DNA from: a virus
Lineage: Duplodnaviria; Caudoviricetes
IMG/VR virus record: IMGVR_UViG_3300036987_000495
Coordinates: 1-26,306 of that record
Strand: one strand, 5' to 3'
DNA length: 26,306 bases
The notes beneath the pieces are model-generated. The model worked only from the letters and a program-made list of their open reading frames with translations, was not told where the DNA came from and did not search any database. The first letter of the stretch is position 1. Every line of letters starts with the position of its first letter. Shown here in pieces: positions 9,260 to 18,500 of this stretch. A program made the position numbers and the translations under genes.

Positions 9260-9682
9260 CTACTTAACCAATGTCAAATTAGCAATCTCTTCATCTAAAT
9301 CCTGCAGCGGATCAACATGTTCACCTTGACCATCATCATTCTTAACTTCTACCTTTGATGTATTCTTTCCATCCATTTTCTCAACCATGAATTGATTGGC
9401 TGCTAAACAAGTACGTTTATCTGTATAATCATCACAGATTTTATCAATATTCTCTAAGTATTTTTTATATCGACCTTTGATAAAGGCCAATCCCTCGTCT
9501 TTTATTTCAGCCCTACGAGAGTCGATTTCCGCAATTATATTTTTATCACCTAACCAATCATAATATGTAGCTTTCTTAATTCCAATTTCAGCTTGAATAT
9601 CAAGCCTACTACAACCTAATATAAGCATTGTCACAAATCTTTCTATATTCTCAGGAGTCTTATATAATTTTCCTGTTGCCAT
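9260..9682 (-). CDS. Probable terminase small subunit (N-terminal HTH, phBC6A51-like)
   Basis: HTH-like SRLDIQAEIGIKKATYYDW, helical middle, GKNTSKVEV tail; RBS GGAGGTG; upstream of TerL. Confidence 0.65.
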   Translation of the reverse strand: MATGKLYKTPENIERFVTMLILGCSRLDIQAEIGIKKATYYDWLGDKNIIAEIDSRRAEIKDEGLAFIKGRYKKYLENIDKICDDYTDKRTCLAANQFMVEKMDGKNTSKVEVKNDDGQGEHVDPLQDLDEEIANLTLVK

Positions 9683-9716
9683 AATTTCACCTCCACACTG
9701 TCCATTTAGTCATAAT

Positions 9717-9740
9717 AAAAAAGAGCCAAAATATTGACTC
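9717..9740 (-). terminator. Intrinsic terminator between the moron and terS
   Basis: Minus strand GAGTCAA-TATT-TTGGCTC followed by TTTTTT. Confidence 0.7.
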
Positions 9741-9775
9741 ACTCTAAATAAATCTTAAGTATTTATTTTAATTTA

Positions 9776-10498
9776 CTAAAAACTTTTAAAATCAACCAGA
9801 GAAATTTGAGAATCAAAATCATTTTGTGCTAATTTCTCAAGTAACATTTCAACATCTCCACGGATTCTAAGTTTATATAGCCCTTCCTTAGTGAGACACT
9901 GAACTCCTATATCACAAATCGTACTTATGCATTGTGTCGTAGGAACTATAGAATGAAACATATTCAGTATTTTCGTGAAAATTGAATATAAGTTATTATC
10001 AAAATCGTGAGTCATCAGGTTATTTTCCTCAAAACTCATAGCTATTTGCGGATTTTCAATATATTCAATTGGGTAAAGAATATGAATTTTATTCTTTCCT
10101 AATAAAGCAATATCATCATTGAAATGATCCTTTGATAAAAAGCCAACTCTCATTAATACTCCCTTTACCTCTGAAAATCCAATCCATGAACAAGCTAGTA
10201 CGCTTCTATTTATGTATTTTAAAGATAAAGGCTTCTGATTTTCAAATTCTTCTAGAGTTTGCTTATAAACACTAACTATTTTGTCTGTATCTGTGATATT
10301 CAATACTTCAATTTTTTCTTTGAATAATTCTAAAAAGTCATGTAAACCTACACCGGCATACCATCCCATTAAAGGTAGGTTATGAAGTTTTTCATTATTG
10401 TCACTAAATCCAAACTCGTTATGTTTTCCATAGGACACTCTTGAATCAGTTGCAATAATTGAAATGACATCAGAAACATATGTTATCACTATACTCAT
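9776..10498 (-). CDS. Hypothetical protein with proteasome-beta / Ntn-hydrolase-like N-terminus
   Basis: (M)SIVITY...IIATDSRVS...NNEKL...YAGVG parallels the T-x-x-G...LAADSR...K...AG pattern of Ntn proteasome-type subunits. Confidence 0.5.
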   Translation of the reverse strand: MSIVITYVSDVISIIATDSRVSYGKHNEFGFSDNNEKLHNLPLMGWYAGVGLHDFLELFKEKIEVLNITDTDKIVSVYKQTLEEFENQKPLSLKYINRSVLACSWIGFSEVKGVLMRVGFLSKDHFNDDIALLGKNKIHILYPIEYIENPQIAMSFEENNLMTHDFDNNLYSIFTKILNMFHSIVPTTQCISTICDIGVQCLTKEGLYKLRIRGDVEMLLEKLAQNDFDSQISLVDFKSF

Positions 10499-10659
10499 TA
10501 CATCATTTTCCTAAACATTTTCATCATCATTTCAAACAAAAACTTATTCTTAGCCCTATTCACCATCTTACCAGGATTTCCACTCATTAAAACCTCAACA
10601 TTTTTAACCCTGGAATTGACCTTATTCATGCTTCTAACCATTTTATTTAATTGTTTCAT
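10498..10659 (-). CDS. 53-aa basic Met-rich peptide, translationally coupled to the next gene
   Basis: Below the ORF-track cutoff: MKQLNKMVRSMNKVNSRVKNVEVLMSGNPGKMVNRAKNKFLFEMMMKMFRKMM. RBS GGGAG, TATAAT at 10680-10685, TAATG stop/start overlap. Confidence 0.7.
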   Translation of the reverse strand: MKQLNKMVRSMNKVNSRVKNVEVLMSGNPGKMVNRAKNKFLFEMMMKMFRKMM

Positions 10660-10711
10660 TTAATCATCTCCCATAAACAATTATACTTCAAATGGAAGAC
10701 AATTCCTTGAA

Positions 10712-10999
10712 TTATTTCTCATAATAGCCGGTATTCCATTTTCTCATTTCAACCTTCATACCATTATAAATCCGATAACAAGTATGATTTAATTCAGACT
10801 TAACTAAATCTTCCATAGCAAAATAATGTTCACCAAGAATCTCATTAAACCTTTCTTCAGTCAAAGGTTTTTCTTTTGGTTTAGATTTTTTCTTCGGTCT
10901 TATTGATTCTTCTTTTTCTAGAAATATGTTTTCTGCTTTTTCCAGTTTATCTTTCATCTCTTCCAATTTACCCATATCATTATCTTTAATCATCTTCAT
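10712..10999 (-). CDS. Hypothetical protein
   Basis: 95-aa ORF in operon orientation; exact start uncertain. Confidence 0.55.
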   Translation of the reverse strand: MKMIKDNDMGKLEEMKDKLEKAENIFLEKEESIRPKKKSKPKEKPLTEERFNEILGEHYFAMEDLVKSELNHTCYRIYNGMKVEMRKWNTGYYEK

Positions 11000-11090
11000 T
11001 CCCCCATGTTTGAATTAGTTCGCAGTCATCACTATTACAAATAAAAGAGTTATCCCAAAAACATTTATCACAATATGTATATATCTTCAT
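10986..11090 (-). CDS. 34-aa Cys-rich peptide
   Basis: MKIYTYCDKCFWDNSFICNSDDCELIQTWGNEDD; RBS GAGGTG at 11095-11100; overlaps the next gene's start. Confidence 0.5.
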   Translation of the reverse strand: MKIYTYCDKCFWDNSFICNSDDCELIQTWGNEDD

Positions 11091-11102
11091 TAAACACCTC
11101 AC

Positions 11103-11413
11103 TTAAAAATAAACCACAAGAGTATAACGCCCTCTTGTGAGTGGCTTAAGGAGGTCTGGTAACCTTATTTTTAATGTCCCATGGTTTACCTTGCAGCCGT
11201 ACTTCCCCAGACTGATAGGGACAATATATGATTATTTAAATGCAAAAAGAAAAAGGTGCATCAACCTGCTGAATTGACACACCTCCTAGGACTACTCACC
11301 CAGGACTAGCAATTCTTCTTTGTTTAAGGAGGGTCAGGCTCGAACTGAACGAAATTGCAAAACGGCTCCATATAATAATGAGAATACCTATATTAAAAGT
11401 CCCATTAAGGAAC
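11103..11413 (-). ncRNA. Candidate structured RNA / attenuator leader
   Basis: About 310 nt non-coding and GC-richer than its flanks, with several stems. Two minus-strand terminators (11105-11139 and 11244-11284, the latter with G-U pairs that only work on minus). Confidence 0.4.
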
Positions 11414-11415
11414 GA

Positions 11416-11964
11416 TTAACCACCATATTCAATTTCAACTAAATCAGCATTTCGATTCTTAATAAAATCCATCTTGATCTTATTAGACTTGATATATTTT
11501 TCTTGGTCATCCTCACTGTTAATATAATCCAGATTTCTAAGAGAAAAATACAATTCCCTCTCGTCACCGGAATTTACGAAGACATTAAAATTCAACGGTC
11601 TTTTATCAACACAATTAGCCGATTTGAAATCTATCTCATAATCTTTATTTTTGTTTTTAAAATAATTACAAATAAGATATACCAATTCATCTTTAATACT
11701 TGGAACATTATATAATTCTTCCCAAGATGAAAATATCTCATTTAACTCAACAAATTTTAACTCTGATTCATCACATTGCCGGATAACATCAAATGTAAAA
11801 TTACCTTCACCATATGTATCCCAGTCCTTTTGAAGTGCCTGGTTAATATGGATTCCTTTATTCAAATCTCTAATATGTTCTTTCCATCTTCTGGATATAT
11901 CTAAACTTCGACCTATGTAAATTTTATTATTATTTTTGTTAGTAATCCTGTAGATTCCAATCAT
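11416..11964 (-). CDS. GIY-YIG endonuclease
   Basis: GIYRITNKNNNKIYIGRS...RRWKEH...H.N..LQ.DW..YG...F.F...E...YN. Confidence 0.9.
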   Translation of the reverse strand: MIGIYRITNKNNNKIYIGRSLDISRRWKEHIRDLNKGIHINQALQKDWDTYGEGNFTFDVIRQCDESELKFVELNEIFSSWEELYNVPSIKDELVYLICNYFKNKNKDYEIDFKSANCVDKRPLNFNVFVNSGDERELYFSLRNLDYINSEDDQEKYIKSNKIKMDFIKNRNADLVEIEYGG

Positions 11965-12031
11965 TAATCATTTGTCACTGTTCCTTTCCGTTTATGCTTT
12001 TAAGATGTCCCACAACAGGACACCATGAACA

Positions 12032-12232
12032 TTAATTAAATAGCTCTTGAGCATATGTTCTATCATAACTATTTATCATAGCTCCAACTCTTGAATTGGA
12101 TTCAAATTCTAAGTAAACCTTATCTTCATCAATAATTAACTTCTTACCAGTTGACAAATTGACTAATACCAATTCACCATCTTCTTTTTGAACTCTAAAT
12201 TTGCTGGTCATTGATATAATGCTATCTTTCAT
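12032..12232 (-). CDS. Hypothetical protein
   Basis: 66 aa with RBS AAGGT; in operon orientation. Confidence 0.6.
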   Translation of the reverse strand: MKDSIISMTSKFRVQKEDGELVLVNLSTGKKLIIDEDKVYLEFESNSRVGAMINSYDRTYAQELFN

Positions 12233-12254
12233 TATTTACCTTCTTTCTTATGTA

Positions 12255-12612
12255 TTGGGGGAAACGTAATTTTGCGAGCAAAATTCCGATAACATTTCCC
12301 CCAAACCCCCTTTGTATTTAAAATATTTAATTTTTATTTTGCTGTTTTGAAACTAGTGAAAAAACTATATTTATTAATTTGTTTTTTTAAATTAATAAAT
12401 AATATACCTAAATAGGTGAAGCTTTAGCGAACCTATTTAGAGCAAGTCGCGTAGTTCGCGACGAAGCTAACCTTCCTCGTCGTTCTCTTTTATGATTTTT
12501 TGTTTTATGATTTAATAGTTTAATATCTTTTCCATATTATTAATCTAATGGTACTTTTAATATTTTACCCCCCTATTCCTATATATAAATACTATAAGGG
12601 AATGGGGGGGTA
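12255..12612. repeat. Cluster of at least six inverted repeats; candidate replication origin
   Basis: TTGGGGGAAA/TTTCCCCCAA (12255-12304) enclosing AATTTTGC-GA-GCAAAATT; 13-bp AT stem 12368-12401; CTAAATAGGT/ACCTATTTAG 12408-12440; GTCGCG/CGCGAC 12446-12462; TACCCCCC...GGGGGGTA 12566-12612. Directly downstream of the helicase-like gene. Confidence 0.6.
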
Positions 12613-12616
12613 TTAT

Positions 12617-14806
12617 CTAACTTACTTTCTGATAAATACCTTTTCTCACCATATATTTACTAAGCAATTCTTTTAGATGAGTATTCTTTTCTTTTGCTTT
12701 ATCAAATTGTTTTCTTGTAATACCAATTTCTATTAACATTTTTGAAGATTTTATTTCATCACCATTCCAACTATTATTAATCCAATTAACTATTTTCTGT
12801 GAAATGGTTTCTTCTTTAGTATCTCTACCCAAAATTTTACTTTCCTTAAAGCAATCCAATTCATCTTTAATCTTATTTAGATTACACCCAGGCAGCAATT
12901 GATAAATCATTGAGAAAATAATTGATTTATTAGCGAATAAATTTACTTCAATTTTTTCCTCAGTGCAAGTATAATGTCTGAGTTTTGTTCTATGTACTTC
13001 TTGGTAAAAATTAGTTACTATACTGAAATATTTGAATTGGTTTAAATTATCTAAACCAAATTCATAATTTTTATAACCGGATTTATAAACGTCATTTCCA
13101 TATGTAGTTTTACTTCTATCTTTAATTAAAAATTTTTCAGATAGTTTTTCCGCTTTATCCTTATCAGCACAGTATTCTAATACTTTATCCCAATCTGTTT
13201 TAATACTGAGATATTGAATAACATATTCATAATCTGGTAATGTATCCCAACCGAACTGAAACATAATATTACTATTTTGCATGTAGTTTTTTCCTTTAGT
13301 ATTACCAAAATAATGAGTTGTGTTTTCATCAAGCATAGATATGAGTTTTTTATTATAAAGGTATTTAGCTATATCAACAGCTTTGGTTTTATATGTCACT
13401 ACATAAGCTTTATTATTAAACCCTTGCCATAATCTCTGATTAACAAATTTAGCACAAGCAAAAGCTAAATATTTTTTATTGTTAAATTCAGTTTTGGATA
13501 ATTTATTTTTCATATAAGCATTAATAATAACATTTTTATAAGATCTTATATTATCTATATCCAAAAATTTAATACTATTATTATCATACATTTTTAAATA
13601 GAGTGGATCATATAAGGCAGTGCCATCAAATATTATGGTTTTAAATGTATCAGAATAAATATCTTTAAAATCTTTACTGCCTATGGTTGAAATAAACTCA
13701 ATATTCTTTTCATAGACATAGAAACCACCTCTAACTAAAACAGTATGTATATGGTTAAGTTCACGCTTAAAATTATTTCCCATATATTTTTCCCAAAGCA
13801 GCATAAAATCTTGATCTGTCTTGCATATATTTCCATTGTCTGTATTGGATATGATAAATCTTTTATAGGATTTTCTTAATTGTTGCATCTTATCAATAAT
13901 CTTATTTTGTATTTTATTAAACATATTTTCAAACAGAGTTTTCTCGGCAGTATCTTCATATGTACATTGGCTTATTGCTGTTGATATTTCATTAAGTAAA
14001 GCTTTATTAACTTTGACAGTATCTAAAACATCTGGACGCTCATCAATTAATAAAATTGTTCTTTTTTTATTTGGTATATCTTTTTTATCTTTATCTTCTT
14101 TAGTTTCTGGTTCATTATTATAAACTGAATACTGCTTAATATAAGTGCCAGATTCTCTTAATCGAGAATTGGTAATAAGCAATATAGGATATTTCTTTTG
14201 TTCATTTTGCTGTTTAGAAATTTTACAATCTTTAAAAAACGAACAATTATTTGAGGTACATATTTTACTATCACTTTGTTTTATTTTTTTATTTAAGCAA
14301 ATATCTTCATTCCAACTTTCCAGAATATATGTAAAACCACCATAACCATTTTCTTCTAATAATCTTTGTGTTTCTCTTAGACTTTCTAGTCTATCAGTCA
14401 CAAGAATAAGTCCATCAGATGTTATCTTATTTTTATATAGTTCAATAAACTTTTTCAGAATTTCCAAGGATATGGAACTTTTTCCAAAACCACAGGGAGC
14501 AGGATTTCCCACAACAATATTTTCTTTAAGTTCACCAAAGATTATTTTTGCTGTTTCTTCTGCAAATTTAATTTGTTCTTGAATAGCTCCACCCCTTAAA
14601 GAAAATGTTTGAATAAAATTATCAACGACATCTTTCACTGACTGTTTGGCTTGATCATCAAGAGTTACTAATTCATCGGCATTATAAACAATTTTTGATA
14701 ATTCAATTATATTGTTCATATAAGCATTGCCGTCTAGTAGTTTTTCACCAATTACCTTATATTGAGTGTTATACTCAATTTCTTTAATTAAGATTTTTTC
14801 TCTCAT
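12617..14806 (-). CDS. SF2-helicase-like replication / origin-binding protein
   Basis: Walker A APCGFGKS; four-Cys insert (C...CTSNNC...DC); Walker B LLIDERP; motif III-like FDGTA; motif VI-like YQEVHRTKLR; C-terminal wHTH-like tail. Confidence 0.7.
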   Translation of the reverse strand: MREKILIKEIEYNTQYKVIGEKLLDGNAYMNNIIELSKIVYNADELVTLDDQAKQSVKDVVDNFIQTFSLRGGAIQEQIKFAEETAKIIFGELKENIVVGNPAPCGFGKSSISLEILKKFIELYKNKITSDGLILVTDRLESLRETQRLLEENGYGGFTYILESWNEDICLNKKIKQSDSKICTSNNCSFFKDCKISKQQNEQKKYPILLITNSRLRESGTYIKQYSVYNNEPETKEDKDKKDIPNKKRTILLIDERPDVLDTVKVNKALLNEISTAISQCTYEDTAEKTLFENMFNKIQNKIIDKMQQLRKSYKRFIISNTDNGNICKTDQDFMLLWEKYMGNNFKRELNHIHTVLVRGGFYVYEKNIEFISTIGSKDFKDIYSDTFKTIIFDGTALYDPLYLKMYDNNSIKFLDIDNIRSYKNVIINAYMKNKLSKTEFNNKKYLAFACAKFVNQRLWQGFNNKAYVVTYKTKAVDIAKYLYNKKLISMLDENTTHYFGNTKGKNYMQNSNIMFQFGWDTLPDYEYVIQYLSIKTDWDKVLEYCADKDKAEKLSEKFLIKDRSKTTYGNDVYKSGYKNYEFGLDNLNQFKYFSIVTNFYQEVHRTKLRHYTCTEEKIEVNLFANKSIIFSMIYQLLPGCNLNKIKDELDCFKESKILGRDTKEETISQKIVNWINNSWNGDEIKSSKMLIEIGITRKQFDKAKEKNTHLKELLSKYMVRKGIYQKVS

Positions 14807-14852
14807 TTACTGCAATCACTTTATCTCCCTTCTTTTGTGTTTTAAATAACAC

Positions 14853-15035
14853 CTAAGTTTTAAATTCTCTAATAATTTTTTTTAACTCTGGATTATCTTT
14901 AAAAATAAACACCGTTCTATCTGGATTATCTTTATTTGGTTTTATATCAATAATTTGATATCCAAGTTTTAATAAATGACGTGCTAGTTTAGCTGTGAAG
15001 ATTAGCTTTACATTTCTTTCTTGAACTGTACCCAT
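14853..15035 (-). CDS. DUF5659-like small phage protein
   Basis: IFTAKLARHLLKLGYQIIDIKPNK.NPDRTVFIF; RBS AAGGAG. Confidence 0.7.
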   Translation of the reverse strand: MGTVQERNVKLIFTAKLARHLLKLGYQIIDIKPNKDNPDRTVFIFKDNPELKKIIREFKT

Positions 15036-15063
15036 TCTGATTCGACTCCTTTTTAGTGAATAT

Positions 15064-15097
15064 AAAAAGCAACCATTCCAACCCTAAAATAGTTGCT
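15064..15097 (-). terminator. Intrinsic terminator upstream of the replication genes
   Basis: Minus strand AGCAACTATTTT-AGGGTT-GGAATGGTTGCT-TTTT (stem with G-U pairs). Confidence 0.6.
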
Positions 15098-15152
15098 CAT
15101 AACGTTTCTAAACTAAATATGTACCGGATGCCGGTTACTAGAAGGTATTAAA

Positions 15153-15353
15153 CTATTTCTTACCTATCAAGTAGTTTAATAAAGAATTAAACTGATGATC
15201 CGGCAATTGCATCCTACCTTTACGAAAATGGCAAATTATGGTTTCGCATATATTTACCTTTTTCGACAGAAAGCGAACCTTCACACCCGTTTCCTTTATA
15301 TAGCTTTCCAAGGATTCTCTAAGTCCATCTTGTTCTTTTATGTTAAATGCCAT
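15153..15353 (-). CDS. Small XRE/Cro-like HTH protein
   Basis: GVKVRFLSKKVNICETIICHFRKG...L HTH pattern; RBS AAAGGA. Confidence 0.7.
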   Translation of the reverse strand: MAFNIKEQDGLRESLESYIKETGVKVRFLSKKVNICETIICHFRKGRMQLPDHQFNSLLNYLIGKK

Positions 15354-15584
15354 ATTATCTTCCTTTCTTTTAAATTTTAATTTACAACCTATACATTAAG
15401 AGATATAAATATCTTCTATTATTTTATTTGTTTTAAAATACTTGAAATATTCTCTTTCCCCTATATACACTTTTATTAATTTATTGAATTTACTTATTCA
15501 TACCCCTAAGAAACACTAATAACATAAGTGTTTTAAGGTATTTAAATAATAAGTTTAGGATTAATCAAAAGGACGAATTTCTTT

Positions 15585-18500
15585 TCAGATAATTACTTCA
15601 ACTTCTTCAGTCTTTATTTTATTTTTATTGTAATTTTCTTTTTTATTTCTTCTTTCGTTTTCCTCAGCGCATGATGGATTACTACAAGTTTTAGCATTAC
15701 GAACCTTAATAAATTTATCTCCGCAAATCTTACATTTCCCTATTGGCTTCCCCTCATACTCAGCTAAACTTACTAAAGGTTTCCAGACATTTTCAACTAA
15801 AAAACATATATCATCTTGGTTTTTGTCTAAGTCAACAATAGATATAACTGATAAAATCTCGGAATCTATTTTAATTTCAATTAATTTGTTTTGGTTAAAT
15901 TTATTAAGTAGTGCTTCTGTATTAGTTATTCTGGCAAAATTGTTTAAGGTGTTAATATTCAATTTTCCATTTTTCTTAAATTTGGTATTTTTATAGAGCT
16001 TTATCTCATGTTTTTTATATAACTTAGAAAGACAAACCAACACATAATACAAGTTCTTTTCATTATCCGTAAATGAATTTATTTTCTCATATTCTTTGTT
16101 AGTAATAATTACAGATTCTGGTTTCAGCCTATCATCTATTTTTTGATTTAGCTCTTTGAATAATAGTTTATCCTCATCTTTATAAGCATATCTCGTTCTT
16201 GCTTTAAGTTCTCTATTGCTCTTTATATTATTTTTTATATTTCTAAGTAGCTCCCACCCAAAACAATTCCATAAGATAACTCGACTTTTATCTTTTCTAT
16301 ACTCTTGGCAATATTCGATATCTACCAAATAATCAACACATTTTCGAACATTACCATTAAACAACTCAATCATTTTATTTCTAAAAATATGATAGGTTAT
16401 ATCGTATTTACTGAAAAACTCATTATCCGGTTCTTCTCTTTTCATTTTGTTTAACTCTTCATTTATACGTTTAATGTCTTTTCTTGCTCTATATAATAGG
16501 ATTTCCAAGTCTTTATAGAGTTTACTTGACCTATCAACCCAAAAATCTCTACACAATATGGCATAATTAAATTCCTCATCCGTAAAATATTCATACTCGT
16601 TGTAACCGGCATTTTTTTGAATGTATTTAGAGATCCTATCCACCACACCATTTCCACATTTAGCAACTGCTGTTTTAGTTTTTCCCTTTGCCCATTGGAA
16701 AAAGTATGGTGATTTTTCTTTAACCAATAAATCATATAGTTCTTTGTCTTTTTTTGGTAGTTCAATGTTTTGACCTGTTTTTGGAAAGTCAATAGTAAAA
16801 TTATTTAGTGCCTGAAGTCTGGCAATGAATTTCATATCTAATTTGAAACCTTCATTATACGCCATACTTAAATATTTTGTTAACGCATTGCTGATATCTC
16901 CAATTTGATTTCCTTCAAATGCCTTTCTTAAGGTATCCTTAATATTTTCTTGGTTTATTTCTCTTGCTTTAGCTTTTGGCATATCATAGTAAACAGGTAG
17001 ACATTTTTTCCTAACGTTTTTAATTAACTCCTGGGACGTTGCGATGTAACAAATATCGCCATCACAATCATTTTTCATTTGCAATTGAGCCAAATCATGA
17101 ACAGAAACATAGGTTGCATTACCCTTAAACCAATCTTGACATTCTTCTGACTTAGTTAATTTTCTAACACAGTGTTCCGATGGATGTAAGTGTGGACTTC
17201 TGAGAAGATCAACCTTTTTAATATCTGTATCATTATGATATGCATTGTAAACATGACCTTTAGGAATAAGCCCTTTAGGATTTTCTATATTCAGAAATAA
17301 CCTCTGACAAAAAGCATAGACATCCGGAAATATGTAACTGTAGTAACCTGGGCTTAAAATTCTGCCACCTTTAGCATCTTTCCGAATACTTTTAACAACA
17401 TTCTCGATTTGAGTTTTAGTATGTTGATCTTGGAGCAATTGAGGATAGATTAGTAGAGCTTCTTGAAATGGCATTAAATTTTTATTATCTTCAGTAGCAC
17501 CTAAAGCTTTAAATGCTGCTTCTTTGTTTTTATGTAAGTTTTTTATATAGTCAATAGTAGGTTGACATAAGCTTGCAATAGTATCTTTATCCTCAACAGG
17601 GATATTCAAGGTATTAAGGTACTGATAACTTAACTCCTTATATTCTTGTGGGGGATTTTCAAGACCGCAAATATAAAATTTGGAATTGATTTCTTTCATT
17701 TTATCCGAAAAGGATTCCCAACTATTATAATGACCACTCATTTTAAACTGACTACTTATTAAAATAACCCATACATCTTCCTTTTCTATATCATGGTCTA
17801 TATCATAAATATCACGAACTATAGTATTACCGGCAATTTCTTTGGCAAATGTCAAGAAGTCGAATTCAACCAATGCACCTTTGCACCATTTATTTCTAAA
17901 TTGCCAATTACCACTTATACCCTTAATTCTTCCAGAGAGAAAAAGACCTGCCCCATCCATATGGTTTACTTCGACATCTGCCATTTTATTAGTAACTGAC
18001 AGTTTTTTATTGTTGGTATCTATGTAGGTTACTTTTTCATTTAATATAGTTTTAAAGTCATTTACCACCACTATTTTTTCATATGGTATTTCTATTGGAA
18101 TTCCAGCACTCATGACTAAAGCTTTGTTTGCCAATAGTTTTCCTGTATTAATGCCATTATTTTCATTGATTTGCTTCTCTGTTAATCCCCCCATAAGATA
18201 GTTATTATATTTTTTCAATGCTTTTTCTGAAATAAAGGTAAGATCTTGTTTTCGTTGCTGACCAGCTCCCGAGGTAAAGAATACAAATTTCTTCTTGGCA
18301 TAATTAATTTTGCGTTTTAATTTTCTTTTCTTAAGGTTAGGAAAATCTATAGATTTCGATTTCATATATGTAGCAAAATAAAATCCATTATCCATTATCT
18401 GATTAAATATGTCATCATGTTGAACTTTAATAATGATAATGTCTTCGATAACTGTTCTTTGTTTAGTCTCTTGGTTAACAAATAAGTTCAACAAATCATT

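Noticed and set aside
11184-11211. 16S rRNA gene fragment
   Set aside because: Similarity is under 30 nt with indels and does not extend into the flanks; kept only as a possible mimic.
11150-11225. HDV-like or hammerhead ribozyme
   Set aside because: Crossing stems are present, but the P3/L3/P1.1 geometry and the CUGAUGA/GAAA cores are not.
11328-11370. tRNA-like element on minus (GGAG...TTGCAAT...TCAGTTCGAGCCTGA..CTCC)
   Set aside because: Only ~42 nt, with no D-arm, no proper anticodon stem and no 7-bp acceptor stem; not a tRNA gene.
11387-15470. Recurrent minus-strand TATAGG as the phage polymerase promoter
   Set aside because: A 6-mer this AT-rich is expected several times by chance; cannot be supported without start-site data.
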